Of a stretch of DNA of 64,000 nt, positions 12,621 to 25,000 are shown in pieces. The notes beneath the pieces were generated by a model. The model was not told where the DNA came from. It saw only the letters and a program-made list of their open reading frames with translations, and searched no databases. Numbering within the stretch: the first letter of the stretch is position 1; each line of letters opens with the position of its first letter. The DNA is from Utricularia gibba (Eukaryota; Plantae; Magnoliophyta), in the NCBI GenBank assembly GCA_002189035.1, contig CM007992.1, positions 2,108,001-2,172,000 of the forward strand, given 5' to 3'. Both the position numbers and the translations under genes were made by a program.

Positions 12621-13247
12621 CTAGGAGGCCCAAATGGATTGAACCTAAGTAGGTTGAAAAAGGGCAATCAGTTTTGACAAGAAGAGCATTTTGCAAAATA
12701 TATGACATATGTTCCTTTAGGTTTTTAAATTTTGTGGGTGGCATAGCGACCAAGATTAATATTGTGAATTATATCTCCTAGAAGCTAGTGAACCACCTCT
12801 CATTTTGCTTAAGGGGTCTTCTTTTTTGCAAGTCATTTGTAGCTTATAAGAAGTGCTAATGCAGATGCAATAGGATATGAGAATAATTGATGGTGACTTT
12901 CAACTATTTCTTTCTATGACTCCGCTTCATTAAAATAATATATAAGATCCTTGAAGTAGGAATCCCTTTGATTAGATAGATGTTGTGTCCAAGTTATAGT
13001 TAACAAGTAAAAGTATTCTTTTTTTTTTCTGACTTGGCTAAGTCCTATAGTCATAGTCGAGCTCATTCTCCTTTTCTTTATAATATCAATCTATTCAACC
13101 CAATAGAAAAAAAATTGATTCAATGGACAAAAAAAAAAAAAAAAACAGAGATGGATACGAAATATTGATAGTTCATTAAGAACAATACTCATTTTTAAGA
13201 TTACTAGGTTTATCAACCATTCAACCATTTCTTCGAAAAGCAATTTC

Positions 13248-15467
13248 CATTCCTTCCACTAATTCACCTTACATCATCCCATGGCAATCCCCAATAGAGT
13301 GGACATTCAGGATACAAATGTCTATAGGAGAGGCCTAGTAGAGCATCACACTCTTGACAATGTAGATTCAAAAGTTCTTGCAATTTCAGATGGAGCACTA
13401 TGTAAACAGATCGAAGACCATTAATCATACTGATCGGAATTCACCTTGTGATCGAGATGATCCAAACAATGTTTGAGAATCACGAAAATGAGAAGGAATC
13501 GTAATATCAAACGAAAATAGTTTTTTCCCACACACAGGAAGCATTATGAATCGAGTATTTATAAGCAAAATATCAGAGTAAGCAGCAAAGGAAAAATATC
13601 TCCATCTTCTGGAACCATCGGATAGCAGCGTCAAGCGCATGTCATCCATGCGCGGAAGGATGGAGAGCAGCAGCGTCTGTCTTCACTTTGCGTGCTAGAA
13701 CCCGTCAAAGAGGGACTTGAAGAAAGATAGTCATACTCTACAAAAACCAAATCACTCGAAGTTGGATTTCTATAAAGCATTATTTCCTATTCATTTTCAT
13801 GATGGTTTTGGTATTCTCATTTTGAAAAGCACATCGTCTGTGTATTTGCGTGCACTTTTTTTATGAATCGAAGTGGAGCAGGGATTTTCCCTACAATTGC
13901 ATTGGGAAGCGTGGGTGCTGTTGGACCAAAGATTCACATCTCTATAGAAGCTTCTAGATCATTAGTTAAGGGTGATTGGTGGCATGGCATGTACGAGCAA
14001 TGAGCCAAGTGGAGGCACAAGCATACACGTGCACCAATTTACTTCAAAATAAATGATTTTGGTTTTTACAACATAAAGTTGAACAAGGAGCCTTTAAGGC
14101 TTTGCAAGCATTGATTTAAACGAAAAGACTGGTTAATACAATCCTTATTTGGTAGCTACTAAACATGGCAGCCTTCATTTTCATCCCTTTTCATGGCGGT
14201 GTTAACTTTTAAGCAAGCAGCAATCTCGACGGTTGGAGTCATTTTATCAACCGTAGGAATGTGTCAAGGTCTCCAATGTATTTCTTATTCGAAAATCCAT
14301 TATTTGTTTTCACCATTTGTTTGGCCTAATAGGTATTTTCAAACCATCCACGATCCATTTCCAGACCACCAACACCAACAAGTTAAGTCAAAGATGAATC
14401 TCCCTTCAATTCACTGGATGTGGACTCGTATTCCAACTTTCCTTTATCATGCTTGTTCGTGTTCATTAAATCCTCTTCATGTTTGGGTGGATGCCATCTC
14501 CCTCTTGGGTAACTTAGAAAACTATAACTGTTAAAGACACACTTTACTAAAATAACCACTGTGGTGTTCCACGTTTACAAAGTTACCCATTTTTTTGATA
14601 ATTTTTAAAAAACATAGTGTATTAAATTTACATTAAAATTATGTAACTTATTTCTATTTTATATAAAAATTCGTCTTTTGTTACTCTGAAAATTTTAATC
14701 AAACCTGTATTAGTTCAATGGATCTAATCATCTCATAAAAATAAAATCATCGTAACCATTTTTGGTGGATTTTACAAAACTTATTTAATATATTTTAAAA
14801 TAGTTATATTATTCAAATTATAATAACATTTTAAATTAGTATCACCAGTCATGATTTGTATTTAAATTTTATCATCTTGTAATTATATGTCAACCTTTTA
14901 ATTGTATAGACATTTTTGTTTCCTTATTGAATTAAAAATACTAATTATAATTTTTGTATTAATATAAATAAAAGATGGATAGTGTTATATTACTGTTATG
15001 TGTTATATGAAATTAAAGATTTATGAATTAAAAAATAAGTAAAAATATTAATGTTTATATAAAATATATGTGTGTATTTTTAAAAAAATTAATAAAAGAT
15101 AGGTAGTTTTATGAATGAAACAATAGTAGGTAACTTTGTAAATTGATTATGATAGTGAATCATTTTCTAAATTCCAATTTCTCTCTTGGTGTGGAAAAAT
15201 CATGAGTAGAAGTGGGAAGGAAAGGTTGAATAAGAAAATGAGTCGATGCAGATGTAGGTACTCTTTCTTCCTCAGATGAAGAATGGGCCAAGTTGATCCG
15301 GCTCATGAAGTGCATTTGCTAGTTCAAAAGAAACTGTATCCGTTTATTAGAAAAGAATATCCAATAATTGGGATCCAAAGTCACTCAAGCCATCAACAAT
15401 ATATTCATTTCCATCATGATGACAATGCTTATAGTGCCGACATCTCTTCGGTAGGAGTGGGATAACC
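13248..15467 (-). pseudogene. Probable F-box/FBA pseudogene, copy 2
   Basis: Tandem paralog of 9530-11915. Reverse translation FILK*IGARVCLCL...ASIEM*IF...EIMLYRNP..LVFVEYD resembles FBA beta-propeller segments. Many stops. Confidence 0.45.
14570..15145. mobile_element. AT-rich MITE-like insertion within F-box copy 2
   Basis: Inverted termini TTTACAAAGTTACC (about 14574) and GGTAACTTTGTAAA (about 15129). Confidence 0.5.
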
Positions 15468-15469
15468 AT

Positions 15470-15915
15470 AGTTTGCCTCATTTTGCATACAAACATTTGT
15501 TAAAAACTTTGTCAATACAAATCTTTCTTTTTTCCAAAAAGTTTTAATACAAACGTTTCAAAATATTTTATTTTAGTACAAACATTTTATTATGTATAAT
15601 ATTTCAACCGCAACATTTAATCAATAAGATTTTTGGTACATATGTTGTCTAATTTTTTATGAAAATTATACAAACATTTCTTCACACATTATTTTTAATG
15701 TTGGACGAAATACATTACAAAAATTTTAAAATTCAAATATGTATATAAAAAAATACAAAAAAAATATTGGTTGACATTTCTAGTAGTTTTTCATTTTTTA
15801 TTATTAATTTTATTTTAATACATTCATCAAAATGTATGTACTACAAATATTAATTGGTAAATGTTTGTGTTGAAAATATTGTTTTTTCACAAACATTTGT
15901 TTCATAGCCAAACTT
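15470..15915. mobile_element. AT-rich MITE-like element
   Basis: Ends AGTTTG.CT and AGCCAAACT; repeated CAAACATT motifs. TSD not resolved. Confidence 0.3.
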
Positions 15916-17430
15916 AGGAAAACGTTTGCATCAAATCACTGAAATATTATGAAACGTTTCTTTTCAATCTGATTTTTTACAAATGTGTGTATTCAAATGC
16001 ACGAAATTGCCCTATGTTTGTACTAAAATTAAACGTAGCCTTAAAGAAAAAAAGAACTACAGCAAACGAAAGTGAAATCAGGGCCATTAAATAGGCATAA
16101 GTGCAACAGCCGATCCGCAAAAGTCTATGGGCACAGATCTCGACAGGCAGCGGCGGATGACTTGGAACCTCACTCAATGTATTCAACACCCTCCAAGAAG
16201 TTAAGGAAGACGCTCACGTGGGTTAACAAGCTCCCCCTTGAGCATTTTCCTGTCCACAAGGCCAAGTGCATCTATCAATCTCTCAAATTGACTTGAAAGC
16301 AAAGCCTTTGTAAATATATCCGCAACTTGTTCTTCTAATGAACAGTGTATAAAGCTTAATACCTTGTTTTTTCTATCTCTCTCTAATGCAATGATACTTG
16401 AAAGAGATGTGTTTTGTTCTTCCATAGAAATCGGGTCTTTGATCATTGCTATTGCACTTTTTGAGTCACCTTGTGCAATATCCGATTGTTTCTTTGCATT
16501 CTAGCTAATTCTTGATGATGCATACTTGAAAATATAGCCAGACATGCTCATGAAATCATTAGATCCTACTAAATGAGATCAACGAAGCGATACATGTCTT
16601 TGTTGCTTATAGGGTGTTGGCATTTGTGACCTAAAATTTTGAAATTTTAGCATTTTTGACCCATAACAAAATGATCGGTTCGACATATTTGACCTGAACC
16701 GGTACCGGTTCAGTATATGTGACCCAAAATATTTATAAAATGATATATTTGACAAGTAAAAAATTTATTGCATGACATATTTGACCTATAAAAAATCAAT
16801 TTTGATACTTTTGACCCATAAAATATTATAACGGGGTATATTTGACCCAACGAAAAGTTATAAAAGTTTACAACGGAGTCCGTTTAACCCAATAAGTTTA
16901 ATGTTGGTCCCATGTTTAGTGTTCAGTTGGTATATTCAACCCAATAATTTGGCATATTTGATCTTTATAGTTTAATAATCTAACATTGTTGACCCTTAAG
17001 GTTCATTAAATCCGCATATTTAACTCATAAAGTGTGACAAATTAATATAATTAACCCAATAAGTTTATCGAATTGTCATAAATAACCTATAAAGTTTTTC
17101 AAAATTTTAAACAAATTAAATACTTTTTGAAATAAATATTGATCAATAAGTGCCCTATAGACATGGGCACAGCAGTCAATCCGAATATTTATCGTGTCAA
17201 CCCACTACGATTCGAACCCGTGATGTCGTTGCAAAGTGAACTTAAGATTATTATCAGCATTTTTATACATCAAATTTATTTCTAAACATATGATAACATG
17301 ACAAATGCAAGAATTACAAAAAAAATATTTTTATAAACATATGATATATGTTTCTTAAAATATAAATAACGTAAATATGTTATTTATTAAACCATATAAT
17401 AAATATGAAAGTTTTTTAGTTTTTAATTTT

Positions 17431-17780
17431 ATTAGCATTCAACCTTTAGTTATACTTTGGATGGAGTGTGTATTTTTATTCTAATCATTTTAATTAGTAT
17501 TCGATCCTTGATTATGATTCGAATCGAGTGCATATTTTTTATTTTAATATTTTTATTCTCATTCAACCCTTAGGTATGATTCGGATCAAGCATGTATTTA
17601 TTATTGTAATATTTTTATTAGCATTCGATCCTTAGATATGATTCGCATCGAGGGTATATTTTTTATTTTAATATTTTTATTAACATTCAATCCTTATGTA
17701 TACTTTGGATCGAGTGAATATTCATTTATTTTAAATCTTATTTAGCTTCTACCCTTAGGAGCAACTTAGATCGTGTACAC
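17431..17780. repeat. AT-rich tandem array, about 6 units of about 61-62 bp
   Basis: Unit core ATTAGCATTCGATCCTTAGATATGATTCGGATCGAGTG followed by a T-rich linker. Confidence 0.85.
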
Positions 17781-17789
17781 ATGACAATG

Positions 17790-18412
17790 CCACATGGGCG
17801 TGCCCGTAAGGCCTTGTTGCGCTGTTGGGTGTGTATACGGGTGTGGCTTATGCGTAACCCACGCCCGTATGGCTTACAGGTTTATCAGCGCTCGATCCGA
17901 ATCGCCCGTAAGGATCGAGCGCTGTTAAAAAGGCCTTATGCATAAACCACGCCCGTGTGGCTTACAGGTTTATCAGTAATCGATCCGAATATTGCGTAAG
18001 GATCGAGCGCTGATAAAAAGGCCACATGGCCCGTGTGGCTTACAGGTTTGTTAGCTCCATCCGAATCGCGTGAAAGGATCGCGCGCTGATAAAAAGGCCA
18101 CATCAGCGTGGCTTATGCGTAACCCACGCCCGTATGGCTTATAGGTTTATCAGCGCTCGATCCGAATCGCGCGTAAGGATGGAGCGCTGATAAAAAGGCC
18201 ACACGGGCGTGGCTTATGCGTAAACCACTGATAGCGCTTGATCCTAATCGAGCGTAAGGTTCGAGCGCTGAGCCTAAGCCACACAGTTGTGGCTTAGAGG
18301 TTTATCAGTGCTCGATCCGAATCGTGCGTAAGGATCGGGGGCTGAGCCGTGTGGCTTACAGGTTTAGTAGTGCTCGATCCAAATAACGCTTAAGGATCGA
18401 GCGCGGATAAAA
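17790..18412. repeat. GC/CpG-rich tandem array of alternating palindromic modules (7 copies of the main hairpin)
   Basis: Module A TTTATCAGCGCTCGATCC-GAATCGCGCGTAA-GGATCGAGCGCTGATAAA alternates with module B GCCACACGGGCGTGG-CTTATGCGTAA-CCACGCCCGTATGGC. Confidence 0.92.
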
Positions 18413-20080
18413 CCGGGTTCAATTATGTAGGTCAAATATGTTAAATCGGTAAATTATTTGGGTCAAATATGACAAAATTGAAATTTTATCAGGTTAAATT
18501 TATTATTATTAAATGGGTGTGTTCTACAGTAACAAAAATCCATAGGTCAAATATGTCAATTCATCAAATTTATGGGTCAAATATGCCCATTCACGAAACT
18601 TTATGGGTCCGTTATGTCCCGTTATGAAAATTTCTAGGTCCGTTATATTTTAAGTCCAGAATTTTTAGGTCATATATGTAATTATCTCGTTGCTTATACT
18701 ATAGAGCAATCCATATGTTGATGTTCCTGCTTTGTTCTTAAGTACTCCTTTTGCATATTCTATGATTTTCCATAGGACACTGCATCAAACTAGATAATAA
18801 GCCGGTAGAAAATGTAATATCAGGTCTAGAATTTGTTAGAAATATAAGTGATCAAACAATTGACCTACAGAATGTGTGGTCCACATCATTTTCAACCTCT
18901 GGGAATATTTACTTACAGTTTCATTTCCTTAACAAATTACTTGTAAACTTGATTTCTGATAGAAGGATTCCATCTTACAACTGCTCAATCTCCATTCCCA
19001 AAAACTGATGCATGAGATCTAAATTCGTCATGTTAAATTTTGACTTCAGGAAGGTCTTGAATGTGTTGATCTAAGAGACACTATTATTCCTGGAAATAAC
19101 ATTTAACCACTAACCTCGCTTTGTACTTTCATAGAGTCCTATCTACATTTGTCTTGGTTTTGAACACCCATTTCAGGACAACAATGTTGGCACCATCAGG
19201 TGGATCAATCAAGTGCCAAGGTGTTATGTTATTGTATCATTTGCAGTTCTGTTTCCATGGCTTCTTTCCAATCAGGATGTAGTAGTGCCTCTCGCACCAT
19301 TTGAGTTTCAGAAGCTGCAATGGATATGTTTGCATACTCATATATGTTAGTGAGGGATCTTGTTCTTTGTAGTGGTGTGGCAGGTTGATTCTATGTAGCT
19401 TGATAGATCTTGGATAGTGATCTGAATCCGGGGAATCCTTTCCTCACCCGAATCATTTGAGGTCTCCCTGAGGTGTGATCACTCCCATGACTTTCACCTT
19501 TGTTATCTAGATCAAATGGATCATCAACACCTAGTGATCCTTCTTCTCGGTATGCATTCTCATCAAGATCATCAAGGAAAAAATCATCAACCGAGAAAAA
19601 GATTAACCTTAGGTGATGAAGTTACCACATGTGAGACTGGAATATTATGCTCCCCATTCCAAACATCATCATCATCATCATCATCAAGCCACAGGCTCCT
19701 AAAGATATTAAGCTTCTTGTTCAGAGCACAGATGAGGAGTCCCGCTAAGGAGTGATCATCTAGTTTGGATCTCGTCTATGTTGGCACCAAGGTATATGCA
19801 ACCGATCCAAATACCTTGAAGTGATTGACAGTTGATATTTCTCCATGCCAATCCTCAATATGGTGTCTTGCCATTTAGATTATTTGTTGCAATCCTATTT
19901 TGAAGGTAGGCAGCTGTTGCCACGGCTTCACTCCAAAACTGTTTTTGTAGCCTCTTTTCCTAAAATAGACAATGTGCCATGGCCATGGTTACTCCATCTT
20001 TCTGTCAACTACGCCATTCTGTGGTAGTGAATATGGCACAATGGTGTGTTGTTGATGCCATATGCCGTCAACTCAGTCTT

Positions 20081-20700
20081 TGATAAATGAAAATTCTTAA
20101 GTCATTGCAAAAATAGAATTTTCATATCACATAAATTTATAAATCCTAATTAGAATACAAATTCACAAAACTTGTATAGTAGATTTCAGGGTCGATCACA
20201 AAAAGTTGATGTTTACAAAGTGTTTTAATCTAAACTCAAACTAGTAGCAGTAGGCGAAATCAGTAAACAAGATAAAGTTTCAATGCTACGATACCTCAAG
20301 ATGGTTTAGGTGATGTACTGTTCAAGTTACTAATCTAATCTACAACTTGTCTACATGCATATTGTAAATAACCTAAATCTACCTAGGTTATTTCTCATAC
20401 TGTTGGCTAAATTAGTCCCTAATGTCATCGCTCACTTCACACTTAGGTCTACTCGCATACAAAATATGTAGAACTAGGTCTATTTGATTCCACTAATTCT
20501 ATCTAGGACTAATACCTACTGTCCACGTCTTGATTTGTTGATTTACCTTTAAATCAAGCTTTTGAATTGCACTATTATTTGTTCCCCCCTAATTGTCATG
20601 CATAGTAGAGCCATAATTGGGATGGTTTCACTTATACGGGAAACATTGCTTGGGTTGTATAGTCAGCATAATTATCCTTATTGGTCCTCTCTTTGTTCCA
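20081..20700 (-). mobile_element. Truncated LTR of the TGATA...TTATCA family (3' end of the LTR at 20081)
   Basis: Reverse complement of 46500-46852-like sequence (TTTTGCAA.GAC, GATCGACCC.GAAATC.ACTATACAAG). The other end was not found. Confidence 0.7.
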
Positions 20701-21319
20701 CCAAGTAAGTGGCTTTTTAATACTTATATTGATATGGTGCAAGTTGAGTTTGGTGGTGAAGAATGATAGGGAGGCTTTGATCATTCACTTTGAAAGTATC
20801 TGCCATTGGTTGATGTGTGGGAGGTGAGAGGTCACTAAATAATAGAAAGCAATGTACCCTGTATAAAGTGAAAATTGAGCTCAATATGTTTACTATGAGC
20901 ATGGAAGATCGAATTCACATTGAATTATTGGGTGAAAGCGATGTACCCCCATACAGAAAATTGAGCTCAATATGTCACGAAGAAACAATGGCATTGCGTG
21001 AAGATGAATACCTAACTTGAAAACTCCACTGTTTCTTGGGTTCAGCTCATGGGTTGGCGAAGGGAGCTGAGGGAGAGGGAGGATGGGTGGAATAACTGGG
21101 AGAAATCAAGAGGGCGACAACTAGGGGAAAGGCAGCAAATGCGAGTGCTCCTCTGGAAGCCATCTTCAGAATCTGCTAGTTATGGTTTTGCATGGGTTGG
21201 AGTACATAATTGTTCCAATTGTTAAATATATTCCATCTTTTTTAAAAAATTTTGCAGACAATTATTTATACCAAAAACTATTTGAAATTTAAACTAAATA
21301 CTATATAAATAGGGCAATA

Positions 21320-21750
21320 CACAGTTCAATGTAATCAATTGGAGATATTTAAAACTACATTTGATCCTATTTTTCAAAAATTAATTTTGAGGTAAACTTT
21401 AGGTGTTTAATATGTATTCCAATGGAAGATATCTAAAGTTTTGTTTCATTTTATTTTTAAAAAATTAATTTTGAGAGACTAGATACTTGATAAATTTTGT
21501 TAACATAGAGTCCAATTAAACCAATGGTAAATATTTAAACTCTTCAAAAATTGGGTTTATTTTTTATATTAGAGTTTTGTTTGATTCAATCCTCCGAAAA
21601 GTAATTTTGAGGTATATTTTAGATTAAAAATTAGATAAATTAGGGTAATATATGGTCCAATTATACCAATGGAAAATATTTAAAGTTTTTTTATTTATAT
21701 TTTTAAAAATAATTTTGAGATACTGAATTCTAGATAAATTGGGTTAATAC
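21320..21750. repeat. Degenerate AT-rich direct repeats (about 4 units)
   Basis: Recurring CCAATGGAA.ATAT.TAAA...AATTTTGAG blocks. Confidence 0.45.
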
Positions 21751-22094
21751 ATAGGGATGTATAAGAAAAATAGACACCAAATATATAAAAGATTAATCGT
21801 AATATTGTTAGTATATATGTTCTAGAGACAATCAACTTATTGGTAATTTTTATCTTTTGATATTGATTTTGAATTGTGATTATATTACTAACAAAATCGT
21901 CTACTTAATCTATATATTGTAGAAATTATGATGAGATTATGATGTGAGATTCTTCAAGCATTTATTTTCAAATTAAAAATTCTCTGGCTAAAATATTTGT
22001 GAAATAATGAGGATATTAAAAATAAGGATAATTGACACATATTGAGTTTTTTAAATTATTTAGATAATGAATTTCAAAATTGATGTAATGAGAT

Positions 22095-25000
22095 TACTAA
22101 ATAATTGATTTTGTGTGAGGAGCTTGTCCCTGAAATTTAAGGGTGTTGAATCATCTTGTTCTTCAAAATTCATCCTTCAATCATTGAACATTCAAGGTAG
22201 AACATGGTATCAAATCTCCAAAGAGCTTGCTTGTGAACGAGTAAGTGAGTTTATTTGATGTCTTTAAAATTCCAGATCTGTTTTTATAGCAAAATAGAAT
22301 CTGGTATTATACCCCTTACAGTATTCCAAAGCTTGATGCGACGAACTATCATGAATGGGTGTTGTTGATGACTACTTTTCTGAAATCAAGAAAGCTGTGG
22401 GTATTTGTTGAAAGTGAGGTTGAAGAGCCAGAATTTTCTGCGAATCCCACAAATCCAGAGAAAAAGAAGTGGGAGGAATTTCATGAGAAACGAGATGCTA
22501 CCATGATGGCTCTCCAACTATCTGTTACAAGACCAATACTTCAAAGGATAACCAGTTGTATGTCATCATATGAAATCTGGTCTAGACTGAAAGATCAGTT
22601 TGCTGGAGATGACCAAATGCATAAGATTCATGCAAGAACAAAATTAGCAGAGTTTGAGAGGAACAAATTGAAATCCACAAAAACCTTGCAGGATTATTAT
22701 GATCGCACTCTTCAACTAGTGAATGAACTAGGAGCCATTGGAGAAGATATACCTACAGAAAAGATCATAGATAAAGCCATGAGGAGTATGCCTGCTAAGT
22801 TTGAAGCAAGGCTATGCAGTCAAGAGAAGTCTGAAAATTACTGAAAACAGACTTTTCTTCAGTAACATCAACTCATTGCAAGCATGTGAGAAACAAATGG
22901 CTATGGAGGAGGAAGAGGAAGAAGCTAGTGAAAATACTCAATCAGCATTCATCAGTAAGTCAAGGGGAAATGACACTAATAAAAGGAAAGAAAAGCAAGC
23001 AGAGAAACAAGTGAGTCAGGTATTCACGCAACCAAATGCTAAGTGTAACATCTGTGGAAAAGAAAACCATATAAGAGTGAACACTATTGGACAAAACAAG
23101 AAAATGCATGTACGCCTTGTGGCAGAAAATATCACTTTCTAGACACTTGCTGATGATATCCAGATGCAGTTTGAACTTATTGCAAGAGTAAGGACATAAA
23201 GATAGAGTTTGCTCGTCTCAAAATCCTAAGAGCATACCACCTTCAAGGGAAGAACAAACAATAGTTTTCAGTTATTATGAAGGAAAAAAGGAAATTCATT
23301 TGGGGATGATCCACTTGATTTTGAGTTCCCATTGAAGCTATCTGAACAATTATGTGATGAACGGTTCTTAGACAGCGGAACCTCGAAACATATGTGTAAA
23401 GAAGCTGCTTATTTTCACCATGTAGCTCAACTAAGTGTTGAGATGGTTAGGGGTGCTGTTTCTGGAAAATCAACACAAGTGAAAGGATGAGGAACCATCT
23501 CCTTACCTACACAAAATGGTTTTCTGGTGATTGAATATGCATGTTTCATTCGGATTTGACAGAAAATTTAATCAGCCTTGGACAACTGCAGAAACAAAAG
23601 TTTCAGGTGATACTTATGGAGAAAAAGATTCAGATCACAGATCTTTTTGGCAAGATAACAGTTGTTGGCTAATAATTTGTATAAGCTGGATGTTTGTACA
23701 ACTTCAGAAAGCTGCATCAAAATATCAGAAGAAGCCTACAAGTGGCATAACAAATTTGGTCATTTTGGTATGAAAAATTTTAAGATATTACAAAAGGATG
23801 ATAATATCTAAGATTTGCTAAACATAAAACTAGCTAATGTAGTGTGTGGTACAAGCAAGACTGTCATTTCAAACAAGTGAGTCCAAAGCCAAGAATAAAT
23901 TGGATCTCATACGTGAATGGTAACAAGTACTTTCTTACATTAATTGATGATTACTCTCGATTTCTTTGGGCATATTTCTTAAAGAGAAAAACTTAAGTCT
24001 ATGATATTTTTTCGAAATTTAAAACCATGGCAGAAACACAAGGTGAAAGGAAGATCAAAGCTTTGCGGTCAGATAATGGAGAGGAGTACATAGCAACCAA
24101 GCTCAAACAATTCTTTGAAAAGAAGGTACAATTCAATTCTATACCACTTCACATACACCCAGAGTAAAATGGTGTATATGAACAAAAGAATAAAACTATT
24201 TTAAACAAGACCAAGTGCCTATTGTATGAGAAATCTATATCTACAGTGTTTTAGGCAGAAACAGTGGCTACATCATTTTATTTGTTAAATTTACTACCCT
24301 CTAGACCTCTGCAAGGAAAATCACCTCATGAATTATGAACATCTTAAAATATTTGGATGTGTTTGCTATATTTATGTTCCAGATGCAAAACAAACTAAGC
24401 TTGAGGATAAAACATAGTTAGGAATTTTCATTGGATATAGAAATATGACAAAAGGAAATAGAATTTATATTCCTAAGTCAAAATCTTTGGTGATTAATTG
24501 GGATGTCATATTTGATGATGATTCAAAGTTTGATTGGAATAATAATACAGTGTATTGTGATTCTACAGACCAAAAGAAACCTGCTGACCAAAGCGTATCT
24601 AATACTGAAAGTTTGCCAAAACCTATGGAAATTATTAGAAACTTTGAAGAAAATGGCTTCGATAGCACCACTCCGGAAGTCACACATTCAAGTACATCAT
24701 ATCTTTACAATAGTAGTGAAATCATTGTTATTCCTAATGATTTCAATGTACCTTATGATGATGAGCATTATGAAAATTTTTCTAAGAACAGTAGCATAGA
24801 GATGATCATATCTTTAGGAAAAGGAATCTTAGTGAGTTGTATTCTTCAACTGACCCACTGACCTTTGATGCATTATCTTGCCTAGCTGTTACAGATCCTA
24901 CACATTATAAAGAAGCAGTGTTGGATGAAAGATGGAAAGTAGCCATGGATAATGAGATGCAAGCCATTGAGGAAAATGATGAATGCGAATTGGCCAAATT

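Larger units (their letters stand above)
16612..18688. mobile_element. Non-autonomous Mutator-like (MULE/foldback) element
   Basis: Perfect 10-bp TSD GTTGCTTATA (16602-16611, 18689-18698). Ends GGGTGTTGGCATTTGTGACCTAAAATT versus the reverse complement GAGATAATTACATATATGACCTAAAAATT. The arms carry many ATATTTGACC / GGTCAAATAT subrepeats. No transposase. Confidence 0.9.
15975..20080 (-). mobile_element. Truncated copia element related to 1932-6719 (integrase C-terminus, RT, RNase H, 3' LTR), interrupted by a MULE
   Basis: RNase H SFIHCSLEEQVADIFTKAL (ORF 16201..16446); PPT at 16230-16239 and LTR start at 16228 on the minus strand; RT start VREALLHPDWKEAMETELQMIQ near 19250-19310; integrase TIVPYSLPQNGVVDRK near 20010-20050. 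Proteins resemble element 1 but the LTR differs. Confidence 0.85.

Noticed and set aside
12625-13240. Possible plastid-derived intergenic or intron fragment
   Set aside because: AT-rich with an organelle-like feel, but I could not match any gene or diagnostic motif; it needs a BLAST against plastomes.
9530-15467. Self-incompatibility (S-locus) F-box cluster
   Set aside because: The TE-rich setting fits, but the copies are too degraded to assign a clade and no S-RNase is present.
17790-18412. CRISPR-like appearance (palindromic repeats separated by spacers)
   Set aside because: The spacers are themselves repeats of a second palindrome, there are no cas genes, and the array lies inside a TSD-flanked plant DNA transposon.
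19660-19686. (CAT)n microsatellite
   Set aside because: It is the antisense of an Asp-codon run in the copia linker and not an independent feature.
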